A stretch of 64,000 bases of DNA, taken from the NCBI GenBank assembly GCA_944362765.1, contig CALVTP010000006.1:3508-67507 (forward strand), written 5' to 3'. Made by a program: the position numbers and the translations under genes. This document shows, in pieces, positions 45,945 to 57,949 of this stretch (within the stretch, counting starts at the first letter, position 1; each line of letters begins with the position of its first letter). Origin of the DNA: an uncultured Clostridia bacterium. GTDB taxonomy: Bacteria > Bacillota > Clostridia > Christensenellales > DTU072. Under the pieces are notes generated by a model, which did not search any database, was not told where the DNA came from, and worked only from the letters and a program-made list of their open reading frames with translations.

Positions 45945-48145
45945 CTGATATTCTGGAAAACCTTAGCGAAATTCAAAAGAAAATTGTCACCGATACAGAA
46001 GGCGCCGTTTTGGTGCTTGCGGGAGCGGGCAGCGGCAAAACCCGCGTGCTTACTCACAGGGTCGCTTACATAGTAAGTAAGCTTGGCGTCCCCGGTTGGA
46101 ATATCCTTGCGATAACTTTCACCAACAAAGCCACCGCCGAAATGCGCGAAAGGCTGGAAGTACTCTTAGGAGCCGACAACGGCGTGTGGGTGTCGACATT
46201 CCACTCCTTTTCCGCCTCGATTTTAAGAAAATTTTCGGAGCACATCGGGTTTAAACAAAATTTTTCCATTTACGACGAGACCGACTCCAAACGCGTCATC
46301 GCAAAGGCGATGAGGGAGCTCAGAATCGAAAGCGCGCAATTGAAGGAGACGATGAAAGAGCACATCTCCCGCGCAAAAAACGCCGGACTTTCGCCGGAGG
46401 AGTACTTTAAAGACATCAACGGTCTGGTCGACTCCGCATATGACATAATGCGCGTGTACGAAAGGTACAACGAACTTCTCATTAACTCCAACGCCATGGA
46501 TTTCGACGACCTTCTGCACAAGATGAAGGAGTTGCTGCTCACTTCGGAAGAGGCGCTCGGGTATCTCAGGAGAAGATTCAGATATATCCACGTCGACGAA
46601 TTCCAGGACACCAACAAGGTACAGTACGAGATAGTCAGGCTGATAGCGGGCGACAACGGCAATATCTTCGTAGTGGGTGACGACGACCAGTCTATTTACG
46701 GCTGGCGGGGCGCCGAGATAAAAAATATTTTAAACTTCGATAAGGAATTCCCCGGTACCAAAATCTACAAGCTTGTAGAAAACTACCGCTCCACCCCGGA
46801 GATACTCGAAACGGCGAACAGACTCATATCCTTCAATACCGAGCGCCACGAGAAAAAGCTGGTGCCGATTTTAAACAGCGGCGTCGACGTCACGTACTAT
46901 TCCGCCTACAACGATATGCAGGAGGCGGATTGGGTAATCGATAAAATAAGATTCCTTATTGCGCGTTACGGATACCGAAAGTCCGATTTTGCGATATTGG
47001 TGCGGGCGACTTCGCTGACGAGGCTTTTCGAAGCGGCACTCGCCAAAACCGGTGTGAAGTACCGCGTGCTGGGCGGCATAAAGTTTTATGACAGAAAGGA
47101 GATCCAGGACGTTTTGGCATACATGCGCCTTGTGTCCAACAATGCCGACAACGAAGCGCTGGAGAGGATAATAAACATGCCGCAGCGCGGGATAGGCGAC
47201 GCCACCGTGCAACGGTTGAGAGAGTTTGCGCGCAGTCAATCGCTGTCGATGCTGGACGCGTGTTATTCCACGTTGCTTCCCGCCCAGATAAAAAAGAAAG
47301 TGGAGCCCTTCGCCGCGCTTATCGGCGAGCTGATGAACCGGTCGCATATAAAGCTGTTGGATTTTGTCGGGTTCCTTGTCGAAAAAGTCGGTTTTGAAAG
47401 ATACTATACCGCGGCGGGTTCCGAAGAAGAGGCGGCAAGATGGGAAAACATCAAAGAGTTCATGGCGGAAGTGGGACAGTTCGAGGAGAAGAACCCCGAA
47501 GCCGATCTCAATGACTTTTTGCAGACCGTATCGCTTGTCCGTGACGACTCCGAGGACGAATCCGACCGCGACAAGGTAACCGTCGCCACCATGCACGCCG
47601 TAAAGGGCTTGGAATTCAAGGTGGTGTTTGCGGTAGGGCTGGAAGAAGGCACTTTCCCGTCCGCACAGGCGTTGAAAGCCGACGCGGGCGCCATGGAAGA
47701 GGAAAGAAGGGTAATGTATGTCGCCATTACACGGGCGAAAGAGAGGCTGTTCATTACCAACGCTTCGAGAAGGTTTAAATTCAACCATGTCGAACCCTGC
47801 CTGCAATCGCGTTTCGTCGAAGAGAGCAAAGGAGGCGACGTCGGCGCATATACGTTGATGAAACAACGTTCCGACTACGTGTCGGGGCTGAAACCGAAGC
47901 CGGCGTTTTTGTCGGAAAGGCGATACCCGAAACAGGTACTTCCCGCTAAGCCGGCAAAGCCCGCCGTTATGAAGGACTTGTCGGGGTTCGTCAAGGGCGC
48001 CGCAGTGAGACACCCGAGATACGGCGAAGGCGTTATAATGTCGGTTTCCGGTACCGGGAAGGATCAGACCGCCACCGTCTCTTTCAAGGAACTCGGAGTA
48101 AAAAAGTTTGTTTTGCAGCTTGCACCGCTGACGCTGAAAGAATGA
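45941..48145 (+). CDS. pcrA: ATP-dependent DNA helicase PcrA (UvrD family)
   Basis: AGAGSGKT, VDEFQDTN and the VATMHAVKGLEF motifs. Followed by ligA as in many Firmicutes. Confidence 0.93.
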   Translation: MTDILENLSEIQKKIVTDTEGAVLVLAGAGSGKTRVLTHRVAYIVSKLGVPGWNILAITFTNKATAEMRERLEVLLGADNGVWVSTFHSFSASILRKFSEHIGFKQNFSIYDETDSKRVIAKAMRELRIESAQLKETMKEHISRAKNAGLSPEEYFKDINGLVDSAYDIMRVYERYNELLINSNAMDFDDLLHKMKELLLTSEEALGYLRRRFRYIHVDEFQDTNKVQYEIVRLIAGDNGNIFVVGDDDQSIYGWRGAEIKNILNFDKEFPGTKIYKLVENYRSTPEILETANRLISFNTERHEKKLVPILNSGVDVTYYSAYNDMQEADWVIDKIRFLIARYGYRKSDFAILVRATSLTRLFEAALAKTGVKYRVLGGIKFYDRKEIQDVLAYMRLVSNNADNEALERIINMPQRGIGDATVQRLREFARSQSLSMLDACYSTLLPAQIKKKVEPFAALIGELMNRSHIKLLDFVGFLVEKVGFERYYTAAGSEEEAARWENIKEFMAEVGQFEEKNPEADLNDFLQTVSLVRDDSEDESDRDKVTVATMHAVKGLEFKVVFAVGLEEGTFPSAQALKADAGAMEEERRVMYVAITRAKERLFITNASRRFKFNHVEPCLQSRFVEESKGGDVGAYTLMKQRSDYVSGLKPKPAFLSERRYPKQVLPAKPAKPAVMKDLSGFVKGAAVRHPRYGEGVIMSVSGTGKDQTATVSFKELGVKKFVLQLAPLTLKE

Positions 48146-48150
48146 GGTAA

Positions 48151-50100
<1,950 letters not shown>

Positions 50101-50226
50101 CGGGAGGAGTTTATTGTGCGTCGGATCGGGCGCCGGGCACCTATAAATTGATTTTTTTATAGTGCAATCTTCATATCAAGCGGGTTTTCGGGCATTTATA
50201 AGCTTCTTATATATGTCGTTTAAAGT

Positions 50227-50255
50227 TTGCATTCCGCTATTTATTATGATATAAT
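50227..50255 (+). promoter_or_regulatory. Candidate sigma-A promoter of pgsA
   Basis: TTGCAT (50227-50232)-17 nt-TATAAT (50250-50255). Confidence 0.65.
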
Positions 50256-50324
50256 CATAATACGCGCCTTTGAGCTGTATCGCACATTGAGCCCGGGTAT
50301 AAAACTTTTCCGGAGGGAATTAAA

Positions 50325-51104
50325 GTGAAACAACTTCTGAAACAACTTTGGACGATACCAAACATCATGACGCTGTTTCGGATCCTTTGCGTTCCGTTCA
50401 TCATGTGGTGCACCATCGATCCGGACACCTATATCGACGTCGGACAATACGAGTTCCCCATCATAGGGCTTATCATTCTGGTCGTCGCGGCGGCGAGCGA
50501 TTTGGTGGACGGCTATATAGCAAGGCATTTCAATCAGGGCTCACAGCTCGGGGAAATGATAGACCCCTTGGCGGACAAGATAATGCATTGCGCAACAATT
50601 CTCTCGCTGGTCATCATCGGCTATGTGCACTGGGCGTTCATCGTAATATTGTTATTGAAAGAAGCTACGATGGTGGTCGGCGGCGTCTTCATGGCAGGCG
50701 ACAGCAAAAACATCAAAGCCAACTATTGGGGTAAGGTGGCGTCGGCGACTATATCCGGAGCCATCATAATGAGTTTCTTCCACGCCTTCTGGGCGGAGAA
50801 GGTCTTCTACCTCGACTGGATAGTGATGGGGATAGGTCTGGTGCTGACGTATGTCGCCTTCTTCAACTACTTAAAGCAGGCGATAGTCATCATCAAAGGC
50901 ATTCTCGCGAGGAAGAAAGCCGCAAAAGAAGGCGCAGCTTCAAGTGAAAACGAAGATGGCGTCGTAAACGCCGATGCCCCGGAAAGTGCCGATAACGCCA
51001 TAAGCGCCGATAACGCGGCGGAAGCCGGGAGCGAGGCGGGCAACGCGAGCAGCCCTGACCCCGCGCCCGGCTCGGGCGACGCTTCCGAAGAGGAAGTAAA
51101 GTAA
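50325..51104 (+). CDS. pgsA: CDP-diacylglycerol-glycerol-3-phosphate 3-phosphatidyltransferase with an acidic low-complexity C-terminal tail
   Basis: CDP-alcohol phosphatidyltransferase motif DLVDGYIARHFNQGSQLGEMIDPLADK. GTG start after GGAGGGA. The last ~70 aa are A/S/D/E/N-rich. Confidence 0.88.
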   Translation: MKQLLKQLWTIPNIMTLFRILCVPFIMWCTIDPDTYIDVGQYEFPIIGLIILVVAAASDLVDGYIARHFNQGSQLGEMIDPLADKIMHCATILSLVIIGYVHWAFIVILLLKEATMVVGGVFMAGDSKNIKANYWGKVASATISGAIIMSFFHAFWAEKVFYLDWIVMGIGLVLTYVAFFNYLKQAIVIIKGILARKKAAKEGAASSENEDGVVNADAPESADNAISADNAAEAGSEAGNASSPDPAPGSGDASEEEVK

Positions 51105-51191
51105 TCAAATAAAGCTTAAAAACGGCTCCCGAAACTTCGGTTTTGGGAGCACAAATTTGTAAAAAAATATTTCTTTAAGAGGAACTACGTA

Positions 51192-53813
51192 ATGAACATG
51201 GAGAAAAATTTCGAGCCGCAAAGTTTCGAAACCTCTATCTATGCAGAGTGGGAGAAGAACGGTTATTTCACTCCCGAAGTCGACTATTCGAAACCTCCGT
51301 TTTCGATAGTCATTCCGCCGCCGAACATCACGGGGCAGCTCCACATGGGACATGCGCTGAACAACACCATTCAGGACATCATCGTCAGGCACAAGCGTAT
51401 GCAGGGCTATTCGACGCTGTGGCTTCCCGGTACCGATCACGCGAGCATAGCGACGGAAGTAAAGATCGTCGACAAACTCCGTGAAGAGGGGCTTGAAAAG
51501 GAAGATATCGGAAGAGAGGAGTTTTTAAAGCGCGCTTACGAGTGGAAAGCCGCTTACGGCGGCAGGATAGTTCAGCAGCTTCGCCGCCTCGGTTGTTCCC
51601 TCGATTGGTCCAGAGAGGCGTTTACGATGGACGAGCGCTGCTCGAAAGCCGTAAGGGAAGTCTTCGTCAACCTTTACAGAAAGGGACTCATCTACCGCGG
51701 GAGCCGCATAATTAACTGGTGCCCGCATTGCCGGACGGCGCTTTCCGACGCCGAGGTGGAATATGAGCCGCAAAAGTCCAATCTTTGGCATATCCGTTAC
51801 CCGTACGCGGACGGTTCGGGTTACATGGTCATTGCGACGACGAGACCGGAAACCCTTCTCGGCGACACCGCAGTCGCCGTCAACCCGAAGGACTCCCGCT
51901 ACGCCGACAAGATAGGCAAGATGCTGAAACTGCCTTTGACCGACAGGGAAATTCCCGTCATTGCGGACGACTATGTCGAACTCGACTTCGGAACGGGCTG
52001 CGTAAAAATAACTCCCGCGCACGACCCAAACGACTTCGAAGTCGGTTTAAGACACAACCTTCCCGTCATCAGGATAATGGACGACTCCGGCGTCATCAAC
52101 GAAAACGGTTACGCTTATAAGGGGCTCGACCGCGACGAGGCGAGGAAGAGAATAGTTTCGGACCTCGGTGAGCAGGGGTTGATGGAAAAGATAGAACCTT
52201 ACGAGCACAATGTCGGAGTCTGCTATCGCTGCCACAGCACCGTAGAACCCATCGTTTCCAAACAGTGGTTCGTCAGGATGGAGCCGCTTGCCAAACCTGC
52301 CATCAAAGTGGTCAGGAACAAAAAGATCAGCTTCATTCCCGAACGCTTCGAAAAGATCTACTTCAATTGGATGGAGAATATCCGCGATTGGTGCGTCTCC
52401 CGCCAGCTTTGGTGGGGACATCAGATTCCTGCATGGTATTGCGAGGAATGCGGAGAGGTTATAGTCGAAAAACACGACCCCGAAAAGTGCCCGAAGTGCG
52501 GTTCCGTCAGACTGAAAAGAGATGAAGACGTGCTGGACACCTGGTTTTCCTCGGCGCTATGGCCCTTCTCGACGCTTGGCTACCCCGACGAAACGGAAGA
52601 TCTCAAATATTTCTACCCCACAAATCTTTTGGTCACCGCCTACGACATCATTTTCTTCTGGGTGGCGAGAATGATTTTCTCGGGACTCGAGCACATGGGA
52701 GAAATCCCTTTCCCGGAGGTGCTGATCCACGGCATAGTCCGCGACGCCGAAGGTCGCAAAATGTCTAAGTCCTTAGGAAACGGCATAGATCCCATTATGC
52801 TTATCGACAAATACGGCGCCGACGCATTGAGGTTCAGTCTGACAACGGGCGTCGCTCCCGGTTCCGACATCCGTTTCAGCGAAGATAAGATGGAACCCAG
52901 CAGGAACTTCTTAAATAAACTCTGGAATGCTTCCCGCTATGTGTTGATGAACGCCGATGGCATAAATTTACCCGAATTCGGTAGCTTTAATTACAGTTCT
53001 GCCGATAAATGGATACTCTATAAATTGAACCGCACGGTAAAAGAAGTTAACGCTTATCTTAAAAAATACGAACTCGGAATGGCTAACGCAAAGCTTTACG
53101 ATTTTATTTGGAGCGACTTTTGCGATTGGTATATAGAGCTGACCAAGCCCGCGCTTTACGGCGAATCGGTAAACGAGAAGGCAAGGACGCTGTCGGTACT
53201 TATGTATGTGCTGAAACAGATCCTGAAACTCATACATCCCTTTACTCCGTTCATCACCGAAAGGATATGGAAGGAGTGCGGCGACGTCGGCGCGATAATG
53301 CTCGAAACCTATCCTTCTTACAGCAAAAAGTTCCTCTTCACGGCGGAATTCAGACGCTTCGAAAAGGTCAAGGACGTCATTCGTTCCCTTAGAAACGTGC
53401 GTGCCGAGATGGGCGTTCAACCCTCCAAAAAGATAGGCGTTTCGGTGTGCGGCGAAGCCGAAAGTTATATAAGAAGGAACGAAGTCTATCTTAAAAAGCT
53501 CGCCGGCGTCGAGACGATTTCCTATGTGAAGTCGAAAGCCGACGTGAGCGGGAAAATCGTTTCCATAGCCATGGCGGACGGCGAAATTTTCATACCGCTC
53601 GGAGACCTTGTGGATTTCAAAAAGGAGTCCGAAAGGCTGGAAAAGGAATTGAGGTCTGTCGAAAACGAAATCCGCCGCGGCGAGGGTATGCTGTCGAACG
53701 CGGGATTTGTCGCGAAAGCGCCCGAAGCTTTGGTGGAGCAGGAACGCAGAAAGCTCGAAGAAAACAAGCTGAAACGCGAAAAACTTGTCAAACGCATTGA
53801 GGACTTGAAGTAG
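51192..53813 (+). CDS. valS: Valine-tRNA ligase
   Basis: [13 protein letters not shown] (HIGH), KMSKS, C-terminal coiled coil. 873 aa. Confidence 0.95.
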   Translation: MNMEKNFEPQSFETSIYAEWEKNGYFTPEVDYSKPPFSIVIPPPNITGQLHMGHALNNTIQDIIVRHKRMQGYSTLWLPGTDHASIATEVKIVDKLREEGLEKEDIGREEFLKRAYEWKAAYGGRIVQQLRRLGCSLDWSREAFTMDERCSKAVREVFVNLYRKGLIYRGSRIINWCPHCRTALSDAEVEYEPQKSNLWHIRYPYADGSGYMVIATTRPETLLGDTAVAVNPKDSRYADKIGKMLKLPLTDREIPVIADDYVELDFGTGCVKITPAHDPNDFEVGLRHNLPVIRIMDDSGVINENGYAYKGLDRDEARKRIVSDLGEQGLMEKIEPYEHNVGVCYRCHSTVEPIVSKQWFVRMEPLAKPAIKVVRNKKISFIPERFEKIYFNWMENIRDWCVSRQLWWGHQIPAWYCEECGEVIVEKHDPEKCPKCGSVRLKRDEDVLDTWFSSALWPFSTLGYPDETEDLKYFYPTNLLVTAYDIIFFWVARMIFSGLEHMGEIPFPEVLIHGIVRDAEGRKMSKSLGNGIDPIMLIDKYGADALRFSLTTGVAPGSDIRFSEDKMEPSRNFLNKLWNASRYVLMNADGINLPEFGSFNYSSADKWILYKLNRTVKEVNAYLKKYELGMANAKLYDFIWSDFCDWYIELTKPALYGESVNEKARTLSVLMYVLKQILKLIHPFTPFITERIWKECGDVGAIMLETYPSYSKKFLFTAEFRRFEKVKDVIRSLRNVRAEMGVQPSKKIGVSVCGEAESYIRRNEVYLKKLAGVETISYVKSKADVSGKIVSIAMADGEIFIPLGDLVDFKKESERLEKELRSVENEIRRGEGMLSNAGFVAKAPEALVEQERRKLEENKLKREKLVKRIEDLK

Positions 53814-53935
53814 ACTGCATCCGGCTATATTTATATCGGCTGAAACGGAATAATCTCTTCAACCTTATAAATTTCGACGAAATTTCCTTTAATCGCCTCT
53901 TCCGAATGGTATATCCTCGGTAGAGGTGATTTTTT

Positions 53936-54694
53936 ATGTCAAGGATAATAGTCGTTGTCTCCGGAAAGGGAGGCGTGGGAAAGACTACCGTCACCGCCAA
54001 CCTCGGGGTCATTTTAGGGGGTATGGGTTACAAGGTGACGCTGATAGACGCCGACGTCGGGCTGAACAACCTTGATCTCGCGCTGGGGCTCGAGGACAGG
54101 GTGGTGTATGACGTTTTCGACGTCATCGAAGGGAGAGCCGCTCCCGAGGAAGCGCTTGTCGGAAGCCAAAATTTTCCCGGCGTTCGGCTGCTTCCTTCGG
54201 TGAAAGGGAGTGACGGCATACGTCAGACGGCGTTTCAAGCCGTCGCCGACTCCTACGCACTCATTTCCGACTTCGTCATAATCGACGCGCCCGCAGGTGT
54301 GGAGAGCGGTTTTCACCGCGCGGCAGCGGCGGCGAAAGAGGCGATAATAGTGACGACTCCTCAATTAAGCGCCGTCAAGGACGCCGACAGGACGCGCTCG
54401 GCGCTCGGGGTCTACGACATCGACATAAAAGGACTAGTCGTCAACCGCGTACGTCAAAGCGCGCTTGAAAGAGGGGAGGAGATCAGGGGAGAGCTGATTG
54501 CCGAATTTATGCGGGTAAAGCTGTTGGGGGAACTTCCGGAAAGCGACTACATCCTTCGGAATGCGCTTTCGCCGCCGAGGAGCCAAGCGAGGGAGGCGTA
54601 TATCCGTCTTGCCGAAACGCTTCTGAACGGGGGAGAAGGGTACAGAGTAAAAACAAAACGCAAATTATTTGCATTCAAAAGGAGGGATAAATGA
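53936..54694 (+). CDS. minD: Septum site-determining ATPase MinD
   Basis: Deviant Walker A SGKGGVGKTT. MinD-like throughout, with a C-terminal amphipathic basic tail (KRKLFAFKRR). Confidence 0.88.
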   Translation: MSRIIVVVSGKGGVGKTTVTANLGVILGGMGYKVTLIDADVGLNNLDLALGLEDRVVYDVFDVIEGRAAPEEALVGSQNFPGVRLLPSVKGSDGIRQTAFQAVADSYALISDFVIIDAPAGVESGFHRAAAAAKEAIIVTTPQLSAVKDADRTRSALGVYDIDIKGLVVNRVRQSALERGEEIRGELIAEFMRVKLLGELPESDYILRNALSPPRSQAREAYIRLAETLLNGGEGYRVKTKRKLFAFKRRDK

Positions 54695-54933
54695 AGCCCG
54701 AATCTCGTGAACTGAGTGAAGCCGAGCGCCGGATGGCGGAGGTGTTAAGTCATTCGGAGCGTCTCCCGGAAGGTTTCGGTCGCGCTCTTTTAAACGACCT
54801 GGACAGGGTGCTGGGAGGGTGGTTCGAATACAAGAAAGGGTGCCTCGAGCTCCGCCTCTACCGCGCGGCGGGCGGGATAGGCGTCGAAATTTCGCTTAAA
54901 GACTGCAAACTTAAAACCCTAAAGATTCTTTGA
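54691..54933 (+). CDS. MinE-like topological specificity factor (tentative)
   Basis: 80 aa, ATGA-coupled to minD. The pattern AERRMAEVLSHSE...L.DLDRVLGGWF...LELRL resembles MinE only loosely. Confidence 0.5.
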   Translation: MKPESRELSEAERRMAEVLSHSERLPEGFGRALLNDLDRVLGGWFEYKKGCLELRLYRAAGGIGVEISLKDCKLKTLKIL

Positions 54934-55738
54934 CGGTAGCGGACAGGGGCTTTACGGTAAGAAGTTTTAAAAACTCGTTTTCCGTCAGCCTTGTCACCTC
55001 TTCGAGTCCGTCGTTCAACACGATAAAATTTGTAAGCGATTTTTTCTCGATACGCCTTAAAAGCGTCTTTAATCTGAGTCCCCAATGCACCGTTACGGTT
55101 TTGACTTCCAGCGGAGATTTTTTAAGTTTGGACTCCGAGATACACTCATACAGATACCTGTACCGCTCTTTTTCGGTTCCGCCTACGGCGCCGAGGTACA
55201 ACGGAACCGCCATGACGGCGGGCGTCGGATTGACGGTGAAAAAAGCCGAAACGACGAACCAGACAATCATCAGAAAAGAGCCGATGACGCCTGCCGCTTT
55301 CAGTCCCTTCAACGCTCGAAGCTTATTTTTCGATATTCCTAAAATTATTCTGCCGCCGTCCAGAGGATAGAACGGAAGGAGGTTGAATGCGCCTATCGCA
55401 AAACTTACGTCGAATATCGTTTTCGTGTAAGGATATGCTGCCGGGAAGCGCCACCACAGCGCATACAGGACCAGACAAATGACGGCGTTTGAAAGTGGTC
55501 CCGCCGCCGCAATGGCGACTGCGTCGCGCTCCGAAAAGATCTCTTCGCCGGAGATTACGGCTCCGTAAGGGGTCAGTGAAATTTTTTTCAGCGCGTAGCC
55601 GCGTTCATAGGCTTGGCGGGCGTGAAAAAGTTCGTGGACGAGGACGACGGCAAGCGCCGCCGGCAGAGCGGCGGCGTTCCCCGTAAGAAGGAGCACCGCT
55701 GCCGCCGCAAAAAAAGAAGGGTGAACGGCAATCGACAT
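54911..55738 (-). CDS. Site-2 protease (peptidase M50), SpoIVFB-like
   Basis: HELFH zinc motif in a TM segment, NLLPFYPLDGG motif, C-terminal CBS-like region. Confidence 0.82.
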   Translation of the reverse strand: MSIAVHPSFFAAAAVLLLTGNAAALPAALAVVLVHELFHARQAYERGYALKKISLTPYGAVISGEEIFSERDAVAIAAAGPLSNAVICLVLYALWWRFPAAYPYTKTIFDVSFAIGAFNLLPFYPLDGGRIILGISKNKLRALKGLKAAGVIGSFLMIVWFVVSAFFTVNPTPAVMAVPLYLGAVGGTEKERYRYLYECISESKLKKSPLEVKTVTVHWGLRLKTLLRRIEKKSLTNFIVLNDGLEEVTRLTENEFLKLLTVKPLSATVKESLGF

Positions 55739-55966
55739 AACTATCCTTAATTTATTATGGCTTCGGACGGATAGAACCGATAACTCCCACGTTCCGAAAA
55801 ATCCGTGGGACTGCGTGCTTAAAAAGGGTCTGGAAGGCGTCGGAAATCGGAAAACAGCCCGAAAACCGTCATGCGTTAAAAAATTTATTGAATTTTGCTG
55901 AAAGATATATTATAATTTAATTTAATGACAGGAAATATAGCCCCGAAGGGCTTTTCGGAGGAAACC

Positions 55967-57604
55967 ATGAAAGAAAAAAGAATGCGCATAAAGTACCGTT
56001 TGGGCGGCAGGGTCTATGAAGACGACCTATACCAGAACGAACATTATGTCATAGACGAGCAGGCGGGCGACGACGGCATAAAGACGGTTATCACGCCGAA
56101 AGAAAAGCTGGAACTTATTTCGTTTTCGTTAAGCTACAACAGAAAGTGCGTCAACGAGGAGCGCTTTTACGCAAACGGTTATCAATCGTGGACGACTTCT
56201 GCGGAGTACACCGCCGACGACAAGCAAAAGGGTCTGCCCGGATTTATAAAGGCGCTGCCGTTTGCGAGGAAGCTGGCTGCACCGTCGGGGGATTATCTGT
56301 TTACGGAATACTCCAAAAAGCGCGGTAACTTCCACGCTTTCACATATTGTTATTTCAGACTCGACGAAGAAGTAGAACTGTACGGTTCGCTGAACGAGTC
56401 GTCGGGCTTCACCGTGTTCTATGTGGGTATGGATGAAGGCTCCTTCGTCATAACCAAAGACGTTGAGGGCGCCGAATTGAAGGCGGGAGAGAGCTTCGAA
56501 CTGATGAATGTCACCAAAATAAAGGGAAGATACGAAGAAGTCTTCGACGAATATTTCCAGAGAATGGGCGTGCCGAAGCCGAGAATCGACCACATGGCGG
56601 GTTATACCAGCTGGTACAACTACTTTCAGAAGATAGACGAAAAGATAATCCTCAGAGATCTGGAAGGCATTTCCCGCGTTTCCGACTCGGTCAACATCTT
56701 CCAGGTGGACGACGGATTCGAAACTTTTGTCGGCGACTGGCTCGACCCATGCGAAAAATTCCCGCGCGGCATGAAGTTCATAGCCGATTCCATTCATGAA
56801 AAGGGCTTCCTGGCGGGGATATGGCTGGCTCCATTCAACGTCCAGCGCGTCTCCCGCACCGCAAAAGAGCACCCCGACTGGCTGATAAAGGACGCCGCCG
56901 GAAAACCCATACTCGGCTGCCCGGGCTGGGGAGGCGCCTACACCCTCGACATCTACAACGAAGAAGTCAGGGAGCACATCCGCCATTTCTTCGACGTCAT
57001 TCTGAACGAATGGGGATACGACATGGTAAAACTCGATTTCCTCTATTCCGAATGCATGGTGCCGAGAAACGGTCTGACTCGCGGCAGGATCATGGCAGAC
57101 GCCATGGAATTTTTGCGCGAGTGCGTAGGGGATAAGCTGATTTTAGGCTGCGGAGTGCCGCTCGGTTCGGCTTTCGGAATAGTCGACGCCTGCCGCATAA
57201 GCTGCGACGTGTCGCTGAGGTTCAGGGACAGGTTCTACCACCGCATCAATATCAACAACGAGATACCTTCCGCGAAAAACGCCATCACCTCGACCGTCTT
57301 CCGCCGTCACCTGGACGGAAGAGCGTTCTGCAACGATCCGGACGTCTTCTTCCTGAGAGACTACAACCTTAGCTACAACACGGAACAGAAAAAGCTGCTT
57401 GCCAAGGTAAACCACCTCTTCGGGAATGTGCTTTTCGTCTCGGACGACGTCAACACTTTCGGCGCCGAACAGCTGGAACTGCTGGTAAAGACCTTTGAAA
57501 AGTCGAACGCAATGATAATTTCTGCGGAGCGTTCGGACAAGAACTACTTCACGATAAAGTACCTTGAAGACGGCGAAAAGAAGACGCTGAACTTCTCATT
57601 GTAA
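55967..57604 (+). CDS. Alpha-galactosidase-like glycoside hydrolase (GH36-type)
   Basis: FQVDDGF...GDW, GIWLAPF and MVKLDF blocks. Start at ATG 55967 after GGAGG. Confidence 0.8.
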   Translation: MKEKRMRIKYRLGGRVYEDDLYQNEHYVIDEQAGDDGIKTVITPKEKLELISFSLSYNRKCVNEERFYANGYQSWTTSAEYTADDKQKGLPGFIKALPFARKLAAPSGDYLFTEYSKKRGNFHAFTYCYFRLDEEVELYGSLNESSGFTVFYVGMDEGSFVITKDVEGAELKAGESFELMNVTKIKGRYEEVFDEYFQRMGVPKPRIDHMAGYTSWYNYFQKIDEKIILRDLEGISRVSDSVNIFQVDDGFETFVGDWLDPCEKFPRGMKFIADSIHEKGFLAGIWLAPFNVQRVSRTAKEHPDWLIKDAAGKPILGCPGWGGAYTLDIYNEEVREHIRHFFDVILNEWGYDMVKLDFLYSECMVPRNGLTRGRIMADAMEFLRECVGDKLILGCGVPLGSAFGIVDACRISCDVSLRFRDRFYHRININNEIPSAKNAITSTVFRRHLDGRAFCNDPDVFFLRDYNLSYNTEQKKLLAKVNHLFGNVLFVSDDVNTFGAEQLELLVKTFEKSNAMIISAERSDKNYFTIKYLEDGEKKTLNFSL

Positions 57605-57633
57605 TTCGTTTTAGTCAAAATTAATCAAAAAAA

Positions 57634-57664
57634 CCGCAAAATCAAAAAATTTGCGGCTTTTTTT
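57634..57664 (+). terminator. Intrinsic terminator after the alpha-galactosidase gene
   Basis: CCGCAAA-9 nt-TTTGCGG followed by CTTTTTTT. Confidence 0.8.
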
Positions 57665-57682
57665 GATGATAAAATTTAGGTA

Positions 57683-57711
57683 TTTACATTTTAAAACTAT
57701 TGTGCTATAAT
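57683..57711 (+). promoter_or_regulatory. Near-consensus sigma-A promoter of the orphan RNA
   Basis: TTTACA (57683-57688)-17 nt-TATAAT (57706-57711), with TGTG just upstream of the -10. Confidence 0.7.
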
Positions 57712-57717
57712 ATTTTT

Positions 57718-57913
57718 GCCGAGATGTGGGGCTAAGCGTGTGGAACCCTAACAATCAAAAGGGCTTACGCGTTCAGCTCATAATGTCAAGCCCCCCGGAC
57801 GATGTCCGACGCCAGGGGAAGACAAAAGGGAGCGATAGTTCGCCCACCTGCACATATGCGGGTTTGTTAATCCTTAGTCCCACGGATCGGCCGCCGAAGG
57901 GCGTCTTTTTTTT
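57718..57913 (+). ncRNA. Orphan structured RNA (~195 nt), candidate 6S RNA
   Basis: No credible ORF. The 5' end GCCGAGAUGUGGGGCUAAG pairs with the 3' end CUUAGUCCCACGGAUCGGC, giving about 17 bp with one internal loop. The interior can be drawn as a rod with an apical CGGAC-GAU-GUCCG hairpin and two opposed unpaired stretches of about 23 nt each. A weak hairpin plus U8 lies at the 3' end. Family not verified. Confidence 0.5.
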
Positions 57914-57949
57914 GTCTTATTTCATCGCTTCACCGTCAGCGCGCCTTTT

